A stretch of 64,000 nucleotides of DNA, taken from assembly GCA_904063045.1 (NCBI GenBank), contig CAJFCJ010000007.1, forward strand, positions 3,851,404 to 3,915,403, written 5' to 3'. The number at the start of each line of letters is the position of its first letter. Position 1 is the first letter of the stretch. Source of the stretch: Dimorphilus gyrociliatus. Taxonomy: Eukaryota; Animalia; Annelida. Below the pieces are notes generated by a model. That model saw only the letters and a list, made by a program, of their open reading frames with translations, had not been told where the DNA came from and ran no database searches. Positions 52,909 through 64,000 of the stretch are shown piece after piece. Made by a program: the position numbers and the translations under genes.

Positions 52909-55602
52909 AAAATCACAAATATATACAGTATATATTGTATTTATCTTATATATAAAAAATATGTTATTGTCTTTCATACCTTTCTTGTTTAAAAACCAAT
53001 TTAATCAGTATAATCCAACTAGAGAGGTTGCATATTTCGTTTAATTTTTCTGTTTTTTGTTTTGCTACTACCTCCAATAATTTGGATTATTTTCTGAAGG
53101 CCAATAACCAAGTCCAACCGATCGAAGTAGGACTTCCACCCCCTCCTTTTTCTGTTAAATTAATTATCATTTTATTTACATCTTTCAGAGAACCTTTCAT
53201 TTATATTATTCAAAATCAGTGGGTAACGATTTGGATCGTTCCAGACTGCCAATTTACTAATTAATTGAAAAGTATTAAAAAGATTAACTATAAACATATC
53301 TATATAAAATATATGTAATATTTATTCACTCTGTTTATGATAATAAACTATAGAGAAATCTCTAGTTCTTACTATATCTATGCTTTTCGCTGCCTATATT
53401 GCGAATAGGAAAAGTTATGATTACTCTCCTAACCACTTGTAAGAAGTTAGGGATGCGAACATTTTGACGTATAAACAATATGCTTTGAGCATGAATTATT
53501 CAGAAGATATATAGAGTATAAATCAAGTAAATTATATAAGTTACTAGATGTAATAAATCATAGCTGTATAAGAAATATTTGGTTGCAATATTTTTCGTAC
53601 TTTTCTATGAATAAAGATAAAAATAGCAGAAAATACTTTTGAATTATAGATCTCTAATTAAAAAATACTCTCTCACATCGTTTTCGGATAGTCTCATCTT
53701 ACAGAAAAAGTTACAGTCATACCTAGGTAAAGAATTAAAACACTGAACAAATTAACGACGAAACAGGAGGCCTTCTTACCTATAATCTAGAAATCCTAAT
53801 AAACTAATCTCATCAATTCAATTAGATGTTAGTTAATTAATATTAAATTATTTGCAGTTAAGGATGCAATAATATATTCTTATTAGCAATGGAGAAACGA
53901 ACTTTTGAAAAGAAACTAACAAAATATAATAGTAACATTTGTAATTAATCTTACATATAAAAGAAGAAATTGAAATGAAGATCAACTGGCATTGGCATTT
54001 ATCAGAGAAATTCCATACCAAAACACACTACAAAGCAATTCTTTATAAATGGCCTATTCATTCAAACAAACAAAAATTTAAAGATGTACGTGACTATCGG
54101 TTCAAAAAGATTCTATTGGTTTTGGATAATGATGCATCGCATGATTTAAATAAAGCTATTGATTTATATTTTTAACTACAGACTTGTTAATTAACGTTTG
54201 AAAACTAGGGCAATAAAAATCTTAAGCTCTATATATCAGGTGTACAGTAATAGGAATTTTATGCTATTAGTAGACTAATAATTAGGATTTATTGACCAAC
54301 AGTTTTTTTTATTTATTACTCTGTAAATGAATGAGGTATATTATAAAGATACGGATTTTTTGAGACCGACAAAAAAGAGTTGATGACTTTCAAGAAGATA
54401 TTTTATTTTTGTGTCTGTAACGCTGTAGGCCGATAGCTCTATCTTCCCTCCCATTATAAACCCCACCTCTCTCCCTTCTCTCCCTTTATCTCTCTAGAGT
54501 TTCTATTTTTTGTAACACTCTTGAGACTCGCTTCCCCGCCCGATAAGAAATGATAGGATTCCTATCCTTGCATATATACAAGAAAAGCCTGCATGTGTCT
54601 TAATGAAATAATCATTAGCCCTCCAACCTGAATTATTAATTGAAATATAATAAATGATAGCTAATGATTGAAGAGATAAATTGGCTTATTGCGGATGAAA
54701 ACGTAGACAGTTTATTGATCTTATTCAAATAATTAGTCTCCTAGTTTTCTCTTTTTTTGTAAAGATAAATCACTTATTATTTATCACTTTATAACGATAA
54801 CAAAATATATATATATTCTATAATAATTATTAAGGAGTTAGCAGAACAATTTCAGGGGAATGATTGCAAACAATCACCTAAAGCGTAATGCAACGATAAA
54901 TTGCAAATGAATCAATTCTTCTTCTTTGATTCAATAAATTCGATTTATAATAGGTATCTATTTAGTAAAATTAAACAATATTCCTATTATATAAATAATT
55001 AATTAGCAAATTTGAAGAGCACCCACTGTTGGCATGAAGAATACGAAAAATTTCTCTTTTTGTGGAGTATATTATACATTCAAAAGAGGAATATAAAGCT
55101 AAACTGTACCCTAGATCTTAGTCTATTTTTATACTGAAGTATTGAAAAACAACTATATAAAAGACGATAAGATCTGAAGTATGTAATATAATTAATGAAC
55201 TTTGAAAGAGAGGTGGAAAACTATCTATAAAAAGTATATATAATGTAACATATTTATATATATAAATAGTGTAAATATAGATTATAGATATACAGTATAA
55301 TGTGTGTACATTAGTAAAATTTTACTTGTATATGTTCCATTTATAGAACAATAAGTATGTTTTATCCATTATAGTATTTATTATAATTCCGTCATATTAC
55401 AATTCTTAAAAGAGAAAAATTGATAAATATTCAATTGTTAATTGATGCTGCAGCATTGTAATGTATCACAAGACATAAACAAAATCGCGTAAAATTGTAG
55501 AAGGGCTCTTATGGATCAAAAATCACAGTCTTAATATCGGTGGTACGATAAACTTTTCTATTAAACAAAACTTTATACGCAACGAGGGAAGTTTTCCTTT
55601 TA

Positions 55603-58600
55603 TTAGTTCGCTTGATTCTTAAGATGGCAGTTAATTGCCAATAGGCGTTCTTTGGCTGGTATAAATCTTTTTTGGAGGGATAGTGTTGAGAGGAGAAATA
55701 ATCTAGCTGTTTTATAATTTTTCTATATGGAAAGAGAACATTATCAAAATAAATTATATGAAAAATTATTGAAAAAACATACTTGAGATGCTAAAAGGTT
55801 AGCAGCAACAAAGTGTGTAGCAACTAAAGGTGTTTCGGTATCTAGGGCCTTGTCTAACACAACGATCGCTTCATTTATACGATTCGATCTATGAAGAATA
55901 TCGACCATACTTAATAAAGAAATATCTTTCGCTTGTTCCGGAGCAAAACTATAAGAAACCAGGGCACATTTTACAGCTTCCATACCTACACCCCTAACTC
56001 TCCAATATAAAGTAGCTAAACTAGCTAGAATCCACGAAGTACTGTTCATTTTTAACGCAAGGCCAATTCTTGTACCAACTTCCTCTATTGTTTTGGTTCT
56101 TTCACCTGGTCCGATATCGAGTAACAAATCTTTTAAGCCAATTTCAGCAGAATATGTCAACTCTTCAGCCTTTTTAATACCATCAATTTCATCAAATAAA
56201 GAAGCTTTCTTAGCCAGACGAATATCGCAATACGGATGTATTTCATCAATATCATCTAAAGCTATATTAAAGTCTATATAATCTTCATTGACAATACCCT
56301 TTGTTGATAGGGAAATCCACGTGCTAGCAAATGTTATACTAGGTTTGTCTGTTTGACTTTGGCACTCTTCCGCAGTTGGCATGGTAACATATTTATAACT
56401 TCTAATATGTCGTTCTAATTCAACTTTTCTACGCGATTTTGTAGCATCAGTCTGAAATATTTGTTAAAGTATTACATTAACAAAATATAATAAGGAAAAT
56501 ATAAAAATATTCCTCTAATAGGCGATTTATCTACTACTTACTACATAAGCAAAAAAGATGAGGGGCCTATCTGCTCCCACCCCAAAACTGCACCATAAGC
56601 AAAACAATTGAAATTTTAATTAGTAATTAATTCTCTTTAAAATTAATATAGAACAGAGACCAGGTGTGTTAATAGATTAATTGATGGTAAATACACAGCA
56701 TAGAGAGAAGAAAAGAATGTACAGTATAACAGTTTGTATAGGGTGCTAATTTTTCATTATCGATACGTTGTGAATTATCATAAGTTATGAAAAAAATGAT
56801 AATAGTAATAAAAAATAATAAGAGAATATGTGATATTAATGCTGTGAAATGAAACTTTCGGCTACTATTTAAAAACATAGGCTTTTAGTTAAGAATAAGA
56901 ACATTTAGGGAGAAGAAAAAAACAAATGGGAAGGATTATAAATAGATTAATTTAAAACGATAGCATTTAATGGAAAGGTTAAAGTATTTAAGAAGAAAGG
57001 AAAAGCTTAGGCGATAGATAATATATTTTTATACTTACGTAATACTTAAAGTGGTCTAAATTGCAACCTTCGCTTTTTGATCCGTCGTTAAATATAACAC
57101 AATCATTCGGCGATATTTGCAGGTTTCCTTCACCTATAAATAGTTTTCGATGTATTATTCCCGAAGAAAGTTCCAACTTAATGTGTGGACGCCTTTTCTA
57201 CAAATTAAGAGTATAAAATAAATTTTACTAATCAAATTGGGAAAAGTATCATAAAAACTTACTCCGGAAATAATTTCATTGCAGTCATTTCCCTCGCACA
57301 AGATTTTTACTAAAAGGAAAAGAAAATATATACAACTATATAAGAATATTAAAAAATAAAATATTGATAAAACAGAATAACAAACATTTTTCGGTATCCG
57401 GCTTGTAGCAATTGCCTGTTGCTTCAAAAACACAATTCTCAAAACCTTCACTATCTTTCCGACAAAAGATAGTTGGAGCATTTTCAACTGCTTTTTTCAT
57501 TATCATTGTAGCTACTGGGGCACTGCTCTGAGCAGCTCTATGAAACTTTATGTAACAATTCAAAGCTCTAAGCATAGTCAGGGCTTGCTGATGATCGGGT
57601 TGTTGATGAAGACATTCCTCATAATGGTAAATTGCTCCAGAAGTGTTTCCCTTTGCAGCTAATAGATTAGCAAGCATGAAATGAGTTTCGGGTTCCATAG
57701 AATTTATACTTGATGCCTCTCGAATGAGAATAATCGCCTCATCAACTCTCCCCCACTTATAAAGAATATTAGCAAGATTTACCAAGGGAACATCTCGATA
57801 CTTTGTGGGTACCAAATACAAAGAACGTCTTAAACATTCAATTGAATGGTAGTTGTTCCCAATCACTCGCCAATATAAACCGGCAACGTTGTAAAGCAGC
57901 CAAGCTGGTCCAACTTGAGATTTTAGAGCAGTTAGGATACGTTGACCTATTTCTTCTTCAGTGGCATCTGGCACCAAAGACTGAAGAAGAGGTCTCATAT
58001 ACGAATCATAGAGTTTCAGTGGTACTTCTGTCCTCTTCTTAATAGCTTCCAGGTGATCGTAGGATTGAGTTCCTTCTGGAATGTTATCAAGATTAACACA
58101 GACAGGTGGATACCAAGGTAAATCATGACCAACTCCGTCAGTTAATCCAAGACCCGCAGATAAGATGGTTCGTACGTCGAAACCTTTATTTTCCGGTGGT
58201 AAATATGTCGTTGGAAAATCATTCCAAGCCGGTATTTTCTGAACATATGTATCACATTCTTGTTTATCAGGCCAATTCTTTTGTTTGTAAACAAATCTGC
58301 TAAGTTCTTCTTTTGTATATTCTTCTCTTTTAACATAGCGTGACTCCTTAACAGGGTTCAAATATTCTCTTGGTGTCTTAGATCCAAAATTGTTTACTTC
58401 ATCGCCATCCCAAACCTCGGTGTACGGTGGCCAGTTGGGGAAAACATCCCTGAATTTTTTAACATTATTAAAACTAAGTTTAGAAAGCTTCTTCGGATGC
58501 CATTCACAAGCATTATCATTGCACAACTCTTCTTGTTCTAGCATCTTTTTAGCTAATTTACTATTTTCGTAACTCTGTTGCTGTATTTCCTTTTCAGAAT

Positions 58601-60358
58601 CTAATGCTTTTTCGGTATTTAGCACAAAGCGTTCCTTTTCAAAAAGTTCATGGCGTTTTTGATAAGAACGCAGCTCATTTAAAGTTTTTTGTAGGGTTTT
58701 ATGCTGAGCTTCTAATGCAGTCTCTATCTTATGGTGACATTTTACAGCGTGTTTTCGCCTGTAGGCCGCTTCAAAATCTTTCTGCATTATCAATGTATTT
58801 TCGAAGCATATAACTGATTTATTGTAATCTCCCAAAACAGCGTATATATTTCCCAGAGTAAAGTGATTAACATTTAGATCGCTATTGATATCGATAGCTG
58901 CGTGGAGAAGAACTGCAGCTTCTTTTGATCTTTTAGCTCTATGTAAAATGTTGGCAAGACTTATCAAAGCTACGTCTTTATGTTGTCTCGGAGAAAAGTG
59001 CAATGCCCTTCGGAGACATTCAACAACATTGAACGCATTCCCTTTGATTCTCCAATAAAACGCCGCCATATTGTATAGCACCCACGACGTATTATTACGC
59101 TTTAATGCATCACTTATTCTGCTACCATAATCGTTGACATTTTCATCAGGACAGACTGCGTTAATTAGGCCTAATTCGGCGGCAGCTGTCAAATTTTTAC
59201 GTAATCTAACACCATGCAGATGATCAAAAGAGTGCATTGAAAAAGGTAAATCATACGCAGATATGCAATCGGGTGGAATATTATTTAAGGTAGATGGTTC
59301 GAGAAAATCTTCTCCACTGTCAATTATAAAAGAGTTATTAAATAAGCAAACCTGTTAAAATATGTATGCTATTTTACTTGATATTTTTATTTTGCAGTGG
59401 AAGGACTGTGCTAATGTACAGATCATACTCAGTTAGTGGTTTGCCCGCTATGATACAATCTGAATCTTCTTTATAATATCTCTCTTCTAAACCTGGCTCA
59501 TCTTTATCGTTTTGATCTATGTCTTTCTTTTTCTTAACAAGCTCATCTTGTAAATTTTGTAATAAATAAGCCCTTCCTTCTTGTCTTAACAACGCCAAAA
59601 GGTCATAGGGACGGTGTAAATTAAATACAGAATCAACCTGAAAAAAAAGCAACATTGATTGGTAAGCAAAAGAATACATTAGATTATCAAAATTTAATGC
59701 ATTATCTCAATGAAGAATACGAATATTAATATTGATCCTGGGAGCGAGAGTTCAAAATGAATTGAACAATAGAAATGACTCGGGTAATATATTTCTCGTT
59801 AAAGTCACAATTATCAAATAGCTTATAATTTTAAAGAGAAAAATGACCTCGCTTTGGGACATTACACTTGAATAACTTTTTTACTAAGACAAGCCTTCAT
59901 ATACCAAATTAATTTACTATTGAGATTTTTAATGAGCATCATAAAATTGAGTACACACAAAACACGTTTTATTGTAATCTCTACTTCTAAATTGTGATAA
60001 GCAGTTGTAACTTTAGCAGACGACAAGTTTAAATAGTTTTTCTTTGACTGACCGCAATCGCCTCTTTTGTTACGTTCAGAAGAATTCGAAAGTAACCCTT
60101 AGTAAAACTTAAAGTTCTTAATCACAGTTTATTAAATTTTTAATCAGCCTAACTTCTGATAATCGAAGAGACGTCAATCGAGTAAGATATGTCTTGAAAA
60201 TTGCGTACGAGTTAATAAAAAAAATAGACATCAGTCTTTAATCGTACCTGGGCCTGAAGTTTACCACCTTCAGTTACAATCCAATGTGTAGAGGCATCGG
60301 AAATTGTAGAACACAACAAAAGTACAAAGCTAAACACCTCAACCAACAACACCGCCAT
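55603..60358 (-). CDS. TTC17: Tetratricopeptide repeat protein 17, multi-exon
   Basis: Signal peptide followed by STHWIVTEGGKLQAQ-VDSVFNLHRPYDLLALLRQE. Three TPR modules each begin with SW/AW..A..YWR. C-terminus LSTLSLQKRFIPAKERLLAINCHL; stop at 55605-55603. Confidence 0.95.
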
Positions 60359-61200
60359 TTTGTCATTATTAATTTAAAATAAGTAACCCAAGACTGGTTA
60401 CATGTTCCTTTTTTTGTTCATGGTTACCAACTCTGATCGAATTTTTCGCATGACAATAGTTTATAAATACTGAACTAATGTTCTTGTTTAAAATTAACGA
60501 TTTCTGAGCCCTAGAACTCTAAACAATAAATACCTAATATACCTAATTGCTCTTATATTTTGAAATAAAGAAGTATATAGATTTTAATTGTTTTCTAGCG
60601 ATATCTAAAATCATGTTGAAAAAATTGCTTAAAAAAGTTTGTATTTTGCAGATACAATTAATCTGTATATATGATTATAAAACTATAGTTCAAAGTTTAT
60701 TGAAGAATAATGACCGTATCTCAACCATGAATGTTTAACAAGAATGTCACTGAAATCCATAAATAACGTGAAACGCTTTGAATTTCATACTTTATTATGA
60801 AAGCTAATAAATAAGGATAATAAAGCATATACAAAGAATAATATAAAAATCAATCAACTTTTGAATGACTTATGGTGGGCCATTATTATAAATTATTAAT
60901 CTTTAAGACAGTAAAAAGTAATAATTATTAAAAATACTATTCAACTATTTCACATGACCATGAAATGTAATGTTAAATGTCAAAGAATGTAAATAGATTG
61001 AAATATATTGACATATTGATAGATTATTAATTTCAGTTTGCAATTTACAGAAACTGCTTGAAAAAGACTTTAAAATAATTTAATCTCTTTCGAATACAGA
61101 TATTCAAATATGTAGATCCAGATTATTTAAGCGATAATCCTAGGCTGAAAGAACGCCCTACTCGTAGTAGAATATAGTTATACCCCTTATTGGTTGCAAA

Positions 61201-61208
61201 CCGGAAGT
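61201..61208 (+). promoter_or_regulatory. ETS-family motif CCGGAAGT upstream of PGAP2
   Basis: Exact match ending 117 bp upstream of the PGAP2 ATG. Confidence 0.45.
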
Positions 61209-61324
61209 TTATCATGCCTTCATACACCCTCATCGCACTTAAACCATTTTTTATCGTCTCAAGTAATTATTCAAAGTCAAGTTCAACAGAAACTCGATAA
61301 ACTTGTAAAACACAACCATAAAAA

Positions 61325-62469
61325 ATGTCACAAATTGAAAAAAGCCAAGTCATTCTGAAGAATCCAATTCTTAGGATTCCTTTCAGCATATTTGCTCCAG
61401 TAACTGTTTCTTTCCCCTTATTCTCTCTAATATTTTGTTTTGTTACTGCCTTTGTTTTCCAATTCAATCAAGTGAATAATACAGTTTGCAATGTAAGTAC
61501 TTAATTATTCATCAATAAACTAAACGTATAACATCTTTTATATTTTTCTGATATTCGAAAAAATAAAAATTAAGGTAAAAAATGTTATACCCTCAATAAG
61601 TGCTATTACTGGAATTCAACCGCAACGTTATGTTTGGCGAGTTTGTATTGCATTGCATTCAACACCAAGATTTCTTATCGGTTTGATGTATGTCAGCTAC
61701 TACATGCAAAAGATAACAGTGCGATAATACTCTTTTAATAAAGTTTATTAATTGTTTTAATATCATTATTTTTTTTATATTTTATAGTTTATTGCAAACA
61801 AACGTAAAAGTATATTCAAGAAATTGGTCTGGTTCAATTTTATTATTTACACAATAGAAAATTCTTGTTTGACACTTGTCAGTTATATAGCTAATGTTGA
61901 AAATTACCGTATGCATTAAACCTCATTATATTTGATAACAAACAATAATAATATCGTTCCCTTTCTTTTTATTTTTAGCTTTACACGAAAAAATCTTTAT
62001 TGTTTTCATGTTTACTTCTTTAATTCATGAATTCGTTTCGCTGTTTTTATTTCAGTGGTGCAATTCAAAAGTAATAACAGAAAAGGTAGTAAAATCAATT
62101 ATTCTTTATTTTTAGTAAGTAGAATTATGAATATATCGCTTTATAAATTACTAAAATAGATAAGATGGTCTTTAAAATGGAAGAAAAGATTATTCGTTCT
62201 TAATATGTCATTTACTGCTGGATTATTGTTCTTCTTCATTCGTCATCGTTTCTATTGTGTAACTAATGGTAACGTATAATTTTTTATAAATCCATCGTTT
62301 TATTAAAATGATTATTATTGTTTCTTTAATTGTAGCTTTTAGTTACTTTTCTGCTTTTGAATATGGAATTGCGCTTACAAATATTGCATTTCATTACACT
62401 GCGGTAATAGACTTAGAGGGAAACTGTTTCTATGTTGGTTTACCCATACTTCAATCGAAGGCACATTGA
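61325..62469 (+). CDS. PGAP2: Post-GPI attachment to proteins factor 2 (Frag1/DRAM/Sfk1 family), 260 aa; exons 61325-61492, 61575-61718, 61788-61908, 61979-62085, 62160-62268, 62336-62469
   Basis: Not in the ORF track because every exon is short. The spliced product has LRIPF...VTVSFPL, C-N-V-K-N-V-I-P-S-I-S-A, PQRYVWRVCIALHSTPRF, LHEKIFIVF, SLKWKKRLF, FFIRHRFYC and FEYGIALTNIAFHYTA, all PGAP2 motifs. Five GT-AG introns are in phase. Confidence 0.93.
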
Positions 62470-62805
62470 ATTTGTTGTACTATATACATATAACTGCATA
62501 TATGCTTTTCTATACTGTGACTATGTATAGTCAATAGTTTCTATAAATATTGTGCATATGTATCGATATGAAGTATTTCCGTTCCCTGCTATAAAGGAAG
62601 TTATTATCTTTAATACTCTGCCTTTTGTCTTGAGTTGTTTAACATTGACAAATAAAATTGGTCACAGTCTTCTGCATTTTTTCGGTTTTCTAAGCTGCCT
62701 AATTTTTTTATTACTAAAAAGTAATCAATGTAATTATCAATGAAATAATAAAAAGGATAGTGAAACAATCAACTACTCAATCTAAATTTGTCTTTTACCG
62801 CCAAA

Positions 62806-62815
62806 ATGACGTCAT
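62806..62815. promoter_or_regulatory. Perfect CRE palindrome ATGACGTCAT upstream of TRAM1
   Basis: 10-bp palindrome about 340 bp upstream of the TRAM1 ATG. bZIP binding is inferred, not shown. Confidence 0.35.
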
Positions 62816-63049
62816 TCCGCCATGTAATTTGTTGCAGTTAAAACTTTTTCAAAGTTTGTGTACGCTCAGGTTTTACCCGTTTATATTTTGCAGATACTTA
62901 AAAGAGTTAATATTCCCTTATATTCATACGTGTTATTATTATTATGAGTCATCTGTTCCTCGAATACATGATTATTCTTATAAGGGATTTGTATAACAGA
63001 GTCCTGGCCCTTTAAGCCTAGAAATGAAACTAAAACTGACTATGAATAA

Positions 63050-63647
<598 letters not shown>

Positions 63648-64000
63648 GTAAGTATATTTCTAACAATCACAACTATATGTAACAAACGAAAGATAAGTGT
63701 TTAAGAAAAAGCTCAAAGGTGATTTACTAAAAGACAAAATCTATCCCTACCAAATCAATAATGCGGTTGTAATATAAACTTATTTTTTTAAGGTCATTTG
63801 ATATTAAATTCATAGCATAAATTGAAATCTACGAGCATTCTTATTTACTGTAAATAGTCAAGCAAGGTTGAATAAGGAATTTGAAAGTGAATTAGAAATA
63901 ATCTTATTTAATTATATATTCTTTTAGATTTTTATTTTTTATATTATTCTATGCCACGAAAAGACAAAAAAGATAAAACCTTTAAATTTAAACTCAAATG

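Noticed and set aside
16821-58813. Antisense ORFs overlapping real exons (for example 3542, 16821, 28151, 28215, 45061, 50130, 50335, 57803-58813)
   Set aside because: These are shadow frames of genuine coding sequence on the other strand or frame.
59638-60247. Nested gene in TTC17 intron 1
   Set aside because: The longest open frames are under about 80 codons, have no usable start, and gave no consistent splice model or recognisable motif.

Overview
AT-rich (about 70% by eye), gene-dense metazoan genomic DNA read in the standard code, with many short GT-AG introns (mostly 50-90 nt). It is a compact animal genome; a lophotrochozoan such as a miniature annelid is a guess, not established. I spliced the genes by hand. 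In order: EIF3F(-), GTF3C1(+), PRIM2(-), a possible orphan exon(-), ARL4(+), a MAGI-like 4-PDZ gene(-), a scramblase-like gene(-), SUOX(+), INTS1(-) with a decayed 1.18-kb Tc1/mariner element in one intron, an apparently undescribed 10-exon gene fusing three MATH (TRAF-C-like) domains to a 2'-5'-oligoadenylate-synthetase (OAS)-like nucleotidyltransferase with an intact Asp triad(-), IQCG/DRC9(-), FAM184A(+), a single-domain RGS22-like gene(-), TTC17(-), PGAP2(+; absent from the ORF track) and the 5' part of TRAM1(+). The MATH3-OAS fusion (40450-43736) is the standout candidate for a new innate-immune second-messenger system. No rRNA, tRNA or CRISPR array was recognised. All homology calls come from recalled family motifs, not database searches.
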